A stretch of 64,000 nt of DNA from an uncultured delta proteobacterium (GTDB lineage Bacteria; Myxococcota; Myxococcia; Myxococcales; Myxococcaceae), in assembly GCA_963776345.1 (NCBI GenBank), contig CAVZMH010000022.1, positions 448,001-512,000 on the forward strand, read 5' to 3'. The notes under the pieces were generated by a model that was given only the letters and a program-made list of their open reading frames with translations, was not told the DNA's origin and ran no database searches. Both the position numbers and the translations under genes were made by a program. This document shows positions 38,339 to 48,069 of the stretch, one piece after another (position 1 is the first letter of the stretch; each line of letters opens with the position of its first letter).

Positions 38339-38410
38339 CGCTTTCGTTGGTCGCTTGACTTTCCTCTCGGAAGAGCCGCCCTGTGGTCGTGCAATCAACC
38401 AACGAAAGTG
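38339..38410 (+). promoter_or_regulatory. Candidate structured 5' leader (long stem enclosing short hairpins) ending 5 nt before the ATG
   Basis: CGCTTTCGTTGGT pairs with ACCAACGAAAGTG; inner CTCT-cgga-AGAG hairpin. Confidence 0.45.
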
Positions 38411-38415
38411 AATTC

Positions 38416-39585
38416 ATGACTCGAAACCGTCTGACGTTCGCGCTGTGCCTGTGGGGCGCAGTCGCGCTGGCGAGCCCACCAACTCCGGATGAGGTCGCCA
38501 AGCGGCTCGTCCAGAGCACGGGCATCGCCCAGGGAGATCTGGTGCGGGTCTCGGGAACCACGAAGGACCTGCCGCTGCTCACCGCGATCGCCGTCGAGGT
38601 GGAGAAGGCCGGAGGCGCGAGCTTCTTGGCGCTCAGCAGCGACGAGTCGGTTCGCCGCATCTGCCACGAGGTTCCCACCGAGCGCGACGCGGGGAACGCC
38701 GCCGCCACCCTGAAGCTCATCGCCGCGATGACCGCGGACATCTCGGTCTCATCCGGCAACAATCCCAAGCTGTGCAGCGATGTCGATCCCGCCCGGCTCG
38801 CAGCGCGTGGCAAGGCCTTCCAGGAGGCTAACGCGGCCTACGTGAAGGGCGGAATCAAGGCCATCAACCTCGGGAACGGGATGGAGCCCGCCGACTGGCG
38901 AGCGAAGCGCTTCGGCATCACGCCGGCGCAGCTTTCCACTCTCTACTGGAACGGGATCAACGTCGAACCGGCCAAGCTCAAGGAGGCTGCAGACCCGATC
39001 GTCCGCGGGCTCGCCGGGAAGCGCCTCACGGTCACCGCTGCCAACGGCACGACGGTGTCCATGTCCATCGAGGGCCGGCCGGTGGTCTTCAGCGACGGGC
39101 AGGTGACTCCGGAGATGGCCAAGAAGGGGCAGACCCTCATCGCCTGGCTGCCCGCCGGTGACGTCTACCTGGTGCCCGTCCCCGGCAGTGCCGAGGGAAC
39201 GGTGGTGGTGGACCGCTTCTGGTACCACGAGAAGCCCATCGACGGGCTCACCCTGACCATCAAGGGCGGGAAGGTCGTGGAGATGCACGCCAAGAGTGGA
39301 CCCCTGGAGCAGTTCAAGACCGACTACGAGGGCTCGGGCGGCGCGAAGGATGCCGTCGGGGTGGTGAACATCGGGACCAATCCCAACCTCCGGCTACCTG
39401 CCGGGAGCAAGGTCAACGCCACGCCGGTCTGGGGGATGGTGAGCATCATGACCGGCGACACCAGCTGGGCAGGGGGCTCCGACGTGAGCTCGTGGAACTT
39501 CATCGGCTTCGTCCCCGCGGCGACGGTGACCGTCGACGGGAAGATCCTGGTCGACAAGGGAGAGCTCAGGACGCCAGCCGCCTGA
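38416..39585 (+). CDS. Secreted aminopeptidase M29 (AmpT/AmpS)-fold protein with degenerate metal ligands
   Basis: Signal peptide; IAQGDLVRV, NGTTVSMSIEGR, LPAGDVYLVP, AEGTVVVD, IGTNP, TVTVDGKILVDKG. Confidence 0.75.
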   Translation: MTRNRLTFALCLWGAVALASPPTPDEVAKRLVQSTGIAQGDLVRVSGTTKDLPLLTAIAVEVEKAGGASFLALSSDESVRRICHEVPTERDAGNAAATLKLIAAMTADISVSSGNNPKLCSDVDPARLAARGKAFQEANAAYVKGGIKAINLGNGMEPADWRAKRFGITPAQLSTLYWNGINVEPAKLKEAADPIVRGLAGKRLTVTAANGTTVSMSIEGRPVVFSDGQVTPEMAKKGQTLIAWLPAGDVYLVPVPGSAEGTVVVDRFWYHEKPIDGLTLTIKGGKVVEMHAKSGPLEQFKTDYEGSGGAKDAVGVVNIGTNPNLRLPAGSKVNATPVWGMVSIMTGDTSWAGGSDVSSWNFIGFVPAATVTVDGKILVDKGELRTPAA

Positions 39586-39667
39586 GTGTGACGCTCGCTC
39601 GTCGCGCCGGCCTCGGGGCCTCTCCGCCCCGATGGCCGATGCGGTGACGAGCCGGCGCGGGTCTCAC
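39586..39667. terminator. Long imperfect palindrome between convergent genes
   Basis: Nested GCTCGTCGC/GTGACGAGC, CGGCC/GGCCG and TCGGGGC/GCCCCGA pairings. Confidence 0.5.
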
Positions 39668-39710
39668 CTCACGGGTCATCCATGTTCCCTGGGCAACCAG
39701 GTCCGATTCC

Positions 39711-42700
39711 TCATGGCGGTGTCGGGCAGTTCCCACCGGTGGGCGCGAACGGCGGGGCCGAAGACAGCACCGGAGACAGCCCGACGTCGGTGATCGAGCC
39801 AACACCTCGCGGGGTGAAGGTCCAGTAGAACTTGAACGGGGTGCCCGCACCTCCCGACCCGAGGTTCGTGCCACCTCCTCCGAGGCTGCTCCGGACCTGC
39901 TCGGTGATCTCTCCGTTCACGTCGTAGCTGAACAAGGTGATGACCTGGAGGAGGAGCTCGAGGCCGGCGGAGATGCCGGGATTGCTCGCTTCGGCGAAGA
40001 CCGTGTCGGGATCCACGACCAAGCCGACGTCCACCAACTCGTCGTAGATCCCGGGTGGGGTGACGGTGTCGTCCCACACGCATCCGAACGTCGTGACCAG
40101 CGCCAGCTCGAACCCGATGTTGAGGTCGAGCGCGTCCGCAATGGACATGGACACGCCGGCGCGCTGATCGTCGGTGCCCTTGACGACGGGGAAGGGGCTG
40201 GAGTGGACGAAGTGCGAACCGCGGGGGCCCAGGGAATTGGCGACCGTGGTCTCGAGCAATGACCGGAAGTCGAAGCCACCGGGAAACTTGAAGAAGTGAG
40301 GGGTGATCTGGTCGTAGCTCTGGAGCTGCGACTGCCACGCCCCGGCGCTCCGCAGTTCCCAGAAGGAGATGGTGAGCGGTCCGGTCGCGGCGTCGATGCA
40401 CTTCCCCTTCGCCGCCGGCATCTCGTACGCGACCCGGTCGTGCGGCGTGCCGTCGTTGTCGATCACCAGCGTCATGCCCTGGATGCAGAGCGACGCGTAG
40501 GGAGTGGGATCGACCAGCTCCACCGAGATCTGGGTGATGTCCTCCAGGTTGGAGACGTTCGACGTCGCGAGGTCGAAGGTCTGCGTCACCAGCCCCGGCG
40601 AGACCCCCACTGCACCGTTTCCGTTCGTGCCCCAGTTCACAGTCCGGCGTGTCCAGCCAGGAGATGTTTCCGGTGGGCGTGGCTCCCCCAGCGCCGTCCT
40701 GGAGGCGAACTCGCACCGGGATCGGTCCTTCCGTGTTCACCTGACCGAAGGTGGTGAGCGTCAGCTCGATCCGGCTGATCGGGTGAACGACGTTGGAGAC
40801 GAAGGCACAGGCGACGTTGCTGTCCCCGGCGCCGACGGTCTCGATCCGGTAGCAGTTCTCCCGGTTCACCGGGTCGCTCGAGAGGTCCGTGGGAAGGGGA
40901 TCGAACACCTCCGCGATGGCCGCCAGCGAGGTCTGGTTCTGGGTGAGGAAGGTTCCGGGGGGCAGGATCCTCGAGTTGCCGATGGTGTCCGTGATGTCGA
41001 CCCACGGCCCTGCCTGCCCGGAGGGGTCGATGACCTGCCGCCAGACCCTGATCGTCTCCGTGGGCGACGGCGGCGAGAAGCGGAGCAGCAACCCCGGAGC
41101 CCAGTTCGCACCGCCACGGCTGTCGGGGCGCGTGGTGGAGAAGACCGGGTACCAGGTGGAAACGCGGCAGGTCTCGTTGGTTGCCGGGAGGTAGCCCTCA
41201 TCGTCGGCGACCTCGACCCAGCCGCCTCCCGAGGCGAGGATCGGCTGCCGGACGCGGTTCTCCTTGTGAGGGCAGAGGCTCGTCTCCAGCCACGTGCCTG
41301 CCCGGAACCCGAAGATGGCGAAGGGGATGACGAAGCGGACACGATGAGATCCCGTCGTGCCCTTCTCGACCGCGCTCGCCACCAGGTGAAGCACATCCCC
41401 CTTCTGGTAGGCGCCGATCTGCAGGTCGCGGGCGGGTTCCGGCGCGAAGACGGTCGTACCCTGCAGCGGAGCGAAGTTGCCGTTCCCGACGTTGCGCGTG
41501 GCCCCGGTCAGCTCCAGCCGGCCGTGCTCGAAATCGATGGTTCGTGGACCACGGCTCCCGCAGCTCGGCGCATCCCTGGCTGGCAGTCCGAGCGGGCCCT
41601 GAGGTCCACCGGTGGCGCGATAGGCGGCGAGAGCATCGCCGTCGATCCGGGCGACGGGCTCTCGTCGACCTTCTGGCACCAGGTACAGTGCGGCACGGGC
41701 GAACTCCTGGGTCGAGAAGGTGCATCCGGGATCGCCGCAGATCTCCGGCCCGGTGGGGAAGCCGGCACAGCCGAGCTCCGGCGTGGTCGAATCCTGGAAC
41801 CATTTCTCGGCGATCTGTCCCTGGACCCGGAAAGCGAGGCTCGACCCGACCTCCCAGACGTAGTGGTTGGTCGATCCCAGGTACGGATAGGTGGTCGAGC
41901 GCTGGCCGCGCAATCCGGCGCCGCACCCGCCGCGCGTGCTCGGGTCGATGCAAACGGGATCCGATGCGAGCGGAAGGTGATTCGGCTCGCTGCCGACGGT
42001 GTCGAACTCGCGGCCGTACAGGACGGCGGGGCTGTAGGCGAGGGCGAGCGCGCCGCTGCCCTTCCCACCGATCAGGTAGGCGTGGGCGTCGGGTGAGCGA
42101 TGGGTGAGGTAGCCCCAGCTGAACCGCTGCCAGGACACCCCGGATCCGGCGGACGTCGGGAAGCTGGTCGGGAGTCCCAGGGCTCCGCCCTCCGCACCCT
42201 CCGCCAGGTACCTGCGGAGCAGGAGGGGCTCGGTGGCCTGCGCGGCGTCAGGGACTGGCGACGACGCGTTCGCCATCGGGAACGCGCACCCGAGCGTCCG
42301 ATGAAAGTAGACGACTCCGCAGCCGCGGGCCGGGTCGCTCCGGGACCCGAACCATTTCTTCCACCCGGCCGCGGCGCTCTTCGGGTGCCTCTTCTCGCCC
42401 GGTTGCCCTCGCCATTGCCCGAAGGTGGCCGCCCTCGCCGCTCCGATGGCGTCGGGTTCGATGGTGATGGTCGTCGTCGTCCTCGCCGTCGTCCTCGCCA
42501 CGGTCCTCTGCTCGCCGGACTCGAGGATCGGGTTCGCATCGACGTCGTAGACGCACCCCATCGCGGCCGCAGCGTTGTTCATCAACTGGTTGATCGAGTT
42601 TCGCTCCGTCCCCTGCTTCGTCTGCGGGCCCGAGAGCTGCGAGAACGACCGAGGCCGAGATCGATGACCGGAAACGAGCTGCCATCGTTGCAGGTGGCGT

Positions 42701-43103
42701 AGGCCGTCGAGCCGGCGCGATCGAGCGGGCGGCAGCCGGGATGGGTGGGATCCAGGAGGCACTGACTCGCCACCTGACTCACCCCGACGTTGCCGCAGGT
42801 CGAGGTCGCGTCCCGCCGGCTGTCGACACAGACGTCGCCCGGAAGCGAGGCGTAGGTGCAGACCGAGTCACAGGCGAACTGTTCGCAGGAAACCTGGCTC
42901 CCATCGTTGTCGCTCACACAGCTCGTGGTGCCAGGAGCCGCGGGGCAGATCGCGCCGCAGCGCGGAACCCCCGCCACCGCATCTCTCGAGGAGACTCCCG
43001 TCGGATGTGGAATCTGCTCGCCACATCCGAGCAGCCCCGTGAACACGACCCACCACAGGGCCGAGACGGCCCCAGCCCCTCGTCCCAAGGCGTTGGCAGA
43101 CAT
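39711..43103 (-). CDS. Large secreted lipoprotein (~1130 aa if repaired): Cys-rich N-terminus, LGFP repeats, PLAT-like domain; frameshifts near 42630 and 40640
   Basis: Lipobox LLGC; GALGLPTS, GCAGFPTGPE, GPLGLPARD repeats; RIELTLTT...TQTFDL...LEDITQISVE...LCIQGMTL; first and last segments share one frame. Confidence 0.7.
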
Positions 43104-43234
43104 CGGCATCTCCACGTGTCCGTGGTGGGACCGGCTCCAGTGCCACCCATGAGCTAACGAGAAAGCCTGGCCGACCCGGACATCGCCTCCGGACAGCCGG
43201 GGTCAGCGCGGTCACGAGATGTTTGGGCGCCGAG

Positions 43235-43789
43235 CTACCTCGACCAGGTTCGTTCCCGCCCGCTGGCCTGCCACGTCCCCGCCACCCGGGCCAACCGGAC
43301 GGCCCAGCCCTCGCCACGGGCACTCCCGGACGGCTCGGTCCCTTGCTTCCTCCAGACACCGAGCCTCACCACGGCAGTCGACGGCTCCGGGCGCTCGACG
43401 AGCTCGATCGTGACCCGCACCGTGCGGTCGACCGCATCCGCCCCGAGCCCGCGCTGGCGATCACAGGCGGACGCCGCAGCGACCCGCACCTGGAGCGGGG
43501 CGAGGGCCGCCAGTCCCTCCGGGTCCTCGTCCGCCACCTCCCACGTCGGTGGGTCATCCCCCAGGATGCGCACGTAGCCCAGGCAGTAGAGGAGGGGCGT
43601 GCCGTTCGAGGGCATCTCCATGCCGCGGAGAAGCCCGGTGTACGCAGCAACGCGCACATCTCGCTCCTGGCGCTCGTGCTGCTCCTCGAGATGAGCGCAG
43701 CTCGCCAGCAGTCCGAAGCACAGGAGCGTTCGCCCCGACCGCCCGGCCGGAAAGGCGGAGCCGCCCCGGATGGTCGACCTTCCCGTCAC
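43235..43789 (-). CDS. Hypothetical lipoprotein
   Basis: LLCFGLLASC lipobox; host-like codon usage; start uncertain. Confidence 0.55.
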   Translation of the reverse strand: MTGRSTIRGGSAFPAGRSGRTLLCFGLLASCAHLEEQHERQERDVRVAAYTGLLRGMEMPSNGTPLLYCLGYVRILGDDPPTWEVADEDPEGLAALAPLQVRVAAASACDRQRGLGADAVDRTVRVTIELVERPEPSTAVVRLGVWRKQGTEPSGSARGEGWAVRLARVAGTWQASGRERTWSR

Positions 43790-43820
43790 CGCACCAGCTT
43801 GACCTCCAGCGAGCCCGCGG

Positions 43821-44289
43821 TCACTGGATCTCGCCGCGAATCTCTCCCGCCTTGCAGGCGCCGGTGTGGACGTTCACGTATCCCGCCCCACCGGCCTTGA
43901 GCGCGGTCACGAAGGTCGCGAAGTCGGGGGGAGCTCCGGTCGCGGCCACATAGTCCGCGGCGGTGACGGTCCTGGTGAACGGCGAATCGAGCGGAGCGCT
44001 GAAGGGTAGGACCACCGGCCCCGGCGCAGCCGCGGTACCCGAATGGATGTGACTGGCCGTCGCCGGTCCCGAGAGGCCGGAGTAGGTCACGTCGACGACC
44101 ACCGATGCGTTGTCCGTGGGAATCGTCACCTTCGCCGTTCCGGTCGCGCTCGTCCCGGCATCGGGACAGGCCGGCGTCTCGCTTGCGGGGGACAGGGTGA
44201 GATTGAACACCGTGGGTGTGGGAATCGCTGCCGCAGGCCACGGCCATGGCGGCCGAGACCAGAGACACAGCAATCAGGACGCTCTTCAT
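43821..44289 (-). CDS. CHRD domain lipoprotein, frameshifted near 44220
   Basis: MKSVLIAV...AVAC in one frame; ATGTA...YSGLSGPATASHIH...GPVV...YVNVHT...GEIRGEI in another; deleting one C of GATTCCCACA joins them. Confidence 0.85.
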
Positions 44290-44575
44290 TGTCGCTCCCG
44301 GGTGCGTCGAAGGGACGAGCCTTCGGACTCACCCAGGCGGACACTCCGGCCGAGCGCCGTTGCGGAGCCGGCCATCTGGGTGCCTCCCCAGGGTTGAGGA
44401 TCCGACGCTCGCACCGACCGGCGTCGATCTGACCCGGCCGGTGGTGATCGGACGGTGGGCGAAGCGCCCGGTCTGGATCCTCGGCGCAACCTCGACGTCG
44501 GACCTCCGCTCTCACTGGGCGGACGGAGGTCTCCCCGGACGGTGAGTCAGCGTGGTGAGCCCTGCCCGTCGACGC

Positions 44576-45562
44576 TCAGCGGACGAAGTCGGTGATCGCC
44601 TTGATGAACAGGTCCGGCTGGTCGACGAAGGTCATGTGCCCCGAGTTGGGCAGCACGACCAGCTTGGATCCGGCAATCTTCGCGTTCATCTCGCGGGACA
44701 TCGCGGGATCGGATTCGTCGTGCTCGCCCACCAGGATGAGCGTCGGCACCTTGATCTCGGGGAGCCGGTCGACCCACTCGACCTCCCGCAGGTTGCCGTC
44801 GACCACGAACTCGCCATGCGAGCCCCACATGGTGCGATAGAGTTCCCAGGAGTTGGTGGTGTTCTGGAGCAGTGGGTCGTAGTTGGCGTCGGGGCGCGCG
44901 CCGTAGAGGTTGGGGAAGTAGCCGACGCCCCAGGCGAGCTTGGCGTACTCCTCTGGATAGCGGCCTCGCTCCCACGACTCGCCCGTGCCGAAGAGGCCGG
45001 CCCGCTCCAGCGCCTCGAGCCGCGCGCGCTTCTCGGCCGGCATTGCCTGCTTCATCCGGGCCAGCCCCTCGTTCAGCTCACGGGTGCTGGAGAACGTGCT
45101 GCCCAGAATCAGGTGGCTGAGATGGTCCTGGTACTTGAACGCGTAGGCCTGCACCACCACTCCGCCGTACGAGTGGCCGAGCAGCGCGATCTTGCCCAGC
45201 TGGAGCGCGGCCCGCACCGCCTCCACGTCGTCGGCCATCTTCTCCACGGTGTACTGACTGGTGTCCTCCAGCCGCGGCGAGCGGCCCGACCCTCGCTCGT
45301 CGATGAACACCAGCCGGTAGCTCGAGGCGAGCCGATACAGGTTGGGCAGGAGGTAATCGTGCGACGCGCCCGGCCCGCCGTGCACGACGACCAGGGGCGG
45401 ACCTCGCCCAACCGACTTGAAGTAGAGCAACACACCTCCGTTGTCGACGAGCCCCTCCTCGATGGTCATGACGGATGGGCGCACGGCGGTGGCCGGGGCG
45501 GCACAGGCGGCGAGCACCGTTCCCAGGGCGAGGGCCGTCAGCTTCAACGAGCGAGGGTTCAT
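44576..45562 (-). CDS. Proline iminopeptidase-family hydrolase, lipoprotein
   Basis: Lipobox LAAC; HGGPG, GHSYGG, GEHDE, SGHM. Confidence 0.9.
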   Translation of the reverse strand: MNPRSLKLTALALGTVLAACAAPATAVRPSVMTIEEGLVDNGGVLLYFKSVGRGPPLVVVHGGPGASHDYLLPNLYRLASSYRLVFIDERGSGRSPRLEDTSQYTVEKMADDVEAVRAALQLGKIALLGHSYGGVVVQAYAFKYQDHLSHLILGSTFSSTRELNEGLARMKQAMPAEKRARLEALERAGLFGTGESWERGRYPEEYAKLAWGVGYFPNLYGARPDANYDPLLQNTTNSWELYRTMWGSHGEFVVDGNLREVEWVDRLPEIKVPTLILVGEHDESDPAMSREMNAKIAGSKLVVLPNSGHMTFVDQPDLFIKAITDFVR

Positions 45563-45613
45563 GAGACCGACGTTAGTCGGACGGACGACCCGGCGCTCCG
45601 GCAAATGGGCTCC

Positions 45614-47710
45614 TCACCAGACCCGGACGCGGTCCTTCGGCGCGAGGTACAGCGCCTGCCCGGGCTTCACCTCGAACGCCGGATACCAGGCGTCCAGATT
45701 CCGCACCGTCTGGGTGCGGTAGGCGTCCGGGGCATGGCCATCGCTCACGATGAGCTGCCGCAGCAGCGGCTCGCGCCACTTCGTGCGCCACGACTGGGCG
45801 TAGCCGAGGAAGAACTGCTGCTCGCCGGTGAAGCCCTGGACCGCTGGCGCAGGGCTGCCGCCGAGTGAGGCCTGCCACGCGTCGTGTGCCGCGGCAAGGC
45901 CCGCGAGGTCGGCGATGTTCTCGCTCAGCGTCTGCTTCCCGTTCACGTGGAGGTCCGGGAAGGGCTGGTACCCGTCGTACTGGGCGGCGAGCTGGGCGCC
46001 GGAGGCCTCGAAGTGCGCCAGGTCCTCCTTGGTCCACCAGTTCTCGAGCTTGCCGGTGGCGTCGAAGAGCGCGCCCTGATCGTCGAAGCTGTGGCTGATC
46101 TCGTGCCCGATGGTCGCGCCGATGGAGCCGTAGTTGACCGACGCCGGTGCGTCGGGATCGAAGTAGGGCGGCTGGAGGATTGCGGCCGGGAAGCTCAGCG
46201 CGTTCCGCATCGGCAGGTTCACCGCGTTCACCACGTGTGGGTTCATGCACCAGGACGTCCGGTCGACCGGTCTGCCGAGGTCGGCGAGCCGCTGCCGGAG
46301 GTGGAAGCGCTCGGCGCGCTCGACGTTCCCCACCAGGTCGCCGCGGACGACCTCGAGCCCCGACCAGTCGGACCAGTGGTCGGGATAGCCCACGCCGACG
46401 TAGAGCGCCTCCACCTTCGCCTTGGCCTGCGCCTTCGTCGACGGCGCCATCCAGTCGAGCGCGTCGATGCGGCGGACGAAGGCCTCGGCGATGGACTTCA
46501 CCATCCGGGAGGCCTTGGCCTTCGCCTCGGGCGTGAAGTGTCGCTCGACGTAGAGGCGTCCCACCGCCTCGCCGACGAGGGCGTCGAGCCAGTCCTGCGA
46601 CCGCTTCCAGCGCGCGGCCTGCTCCGTCGCCCCGCCGAGCACGCGCCCGTAGAAGGCGAAGTCCTCGCTCTGGAACGCCTTGCCCAGGAACGCGGCGCGG
46701 CGGTCGATGGCGTGAAAGGTCGCCCAGTCCTTCCAGCGCTCGAGCGGCTCCCGTGCGACGAGCGCCGAGAGGCCCGCGGTGGCCTGCGGGTGCCAGGCGA
46801 AGACGGTCGGCTGGGTGTCGAGCGCGGCCGCCGCGAAGAAGCGCGCCCAGTCGAGGCCCGGCGCGCGGCGCGCCCATTCGGTCCGAGGCCACGGGTTGTT
46901 GGCGTTCTTGACCTCCAGCGACTCGAGGCGGGTCGCATGCACCTGGGCCATCTTCGTCTCGAGGGCCAGCACGCCCGCAGCCCGCCGGGCCGCGTCCTTG
47001 ATGCCTGCCAGCCCGAGCACCGCCTCGACGTGCGCGCGGTACTTCTCGCGGGTCTCGACCATCTTCGGCGCGGTCGACAGGTAGTACTCCCGGTCGGGGA
47101 GGCCGAGGCCGCCCTGGAGCAGGTAGGGCACGCTCCGCGCCGGAGCGGTCGGATCCGGCGCTACCCACAACCCGAAGAGCCGTGAGGTGTGGAAGTTGGT
47201 GCAGTCGATCGCGTCGACGTCGGCGCGGAGCTCCTCGCCGAGGTAGGTGGCGAGATCGGCGCGCGTCTTCACCGTGGCGATGCGGGAAAGCGCCGGCTGG
47301 AGGGGCGCGAGGCCCTTCGGCTCGATCGCGGCCTCGTCCATGGCCGAGGCGTAGAAGTCGCCGATTTTGCGCTCCAGCGAGCCCGGTGCAGCGTTCGAGC
47401 TGGCGGCGGCCTCGAGGAGTGCGCGGGTCTGCATCCGGAGCCGCTCCTCGAGCTCGCCGGCCACGCCCCACACGGCGCGGTCGGGCGGGATCTCGGTCGT
47501 CGCGAACCACTTCCCGTTGGCGTAGCCGAAGAAGTCGTCGCCCGGCCGGACCGAGGTGTCCATGGCTCCGAGGTCGATCGGGCCGGCGGAGGCACTGGCG
47601 GCGGGCGCGGGCGCTGTGATGGGGCCCGGAGGCCGTGTCGCCGAGGTCTGGGCACAGGCGGTCGCGACGAGGACGACGGCGATCGAGAGGAGACGGGAGA
47701 GGGAAGGCAT
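45614..47710 (-). CDS. M13 family metallopeptidase (neprilysin/PepO-like), lipoprotein
   Basis: PGDDFFGYANG, VNA, NYGSIGATIGHEISHSFD, ENIAD. Confidence 0.95.
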   Translation of the reverse strand: MPSLSRLLSIAVVLVATACAQTSATRPPGPITAPAPAASASAGPIDLGAMDTSVRPGDDFFGYANGKWFATTEIPPDRAVWGVAGELEERLRMQTRALLEAAASSNAAPGSLERKIGDFYASAMDEAAIEPKGLAPLQPALSRIATVKTRADLATYLGEELRADVDAIDCTNFHTSRLFGLWVAPDPTAPARSVPYLLQGGLGLPDREYYLSTAPKMVETREKYRAHVEAVLGLAGIKDAARRAAGVLALETKMAQVHATRLESLEVKNANNPWPRTEWARRAPGLDWARFFAAAALDTQPTVFAWHPQATAGLSALVAREPLERWKDWATFHAIDRRAAFLGKAFQSEDFAFYGRVLGGATEQAARWKRSQDWLDALVGEAVGRLYVERHFTPEAKAKASRMVKSIAEAFVRRIDALDWMAPSTKAQAKAKVEALYVGVGYPDHWSDWSGLEVVRGDLVGNVERAERFHLRQRLADLGRPVDRTSWCMNPHVVNAVNLPMRNALSFPAAILQPPYFDPDAPASVNYGSIGATIGHEISHSFDDQGALFDATGKLENWWTKEDLAHFEASGAQLAAQYDGYQPFPDLHVNGKQTLSENIADLAGLAAAHDAWQASLGGSPAPAVQGFTGEQQFFLGYAQSWRTKWREPLLRQLIVSDGHAPDAYRTQTVRNLDAWYPAFEVKPGQALYLAPKDRVRVW

Positions 47711-48069
47711 CACGGTCGCGCTACCCGCACGAGGGGAGACACGGCAAGGCCGAATCCGCGAGCTGCGCCCAATCCGCCGTCGAACAGCGTCATCCGAGGG
47801 AGCGGGCTCGGCCCCGCGGAAACCGGCGAGGACCTGGAACCGGCACCTCGTCTCGGACGCTGCTCGGCGGGGAGGCCTCGCGACCTGCGCGCGCCGTGGC
47901 CTCGACCGACGGCTCGTGGAGAATCGTCCGCGCGCACCGCGGCGCAAGGTGAGAAGACACCGCTCGCGTCGTTCGTTGCGCCGCTCGATGCACTTTTCTT
48001 GTGGAGCGTTCGCGGTGACGGAAGGGCGAGGGTGCATGCAAGGCTTCAGTGAAAGTGAGGCCGAACCTC

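Noticed and set aside
38339..39667. Palindromes flanking the M29-like gene as integron attC sites
   Set aside because: Core-site order and consensus (RYYYAAC...GTTRRRY) not met; no integrase in the window
44390..44545. Short plus-strand coding-like stretch between CHRD and iminopeptidase genes
   Set aside because: No start, RBS or recognisable motif; cannot be supported as a gene
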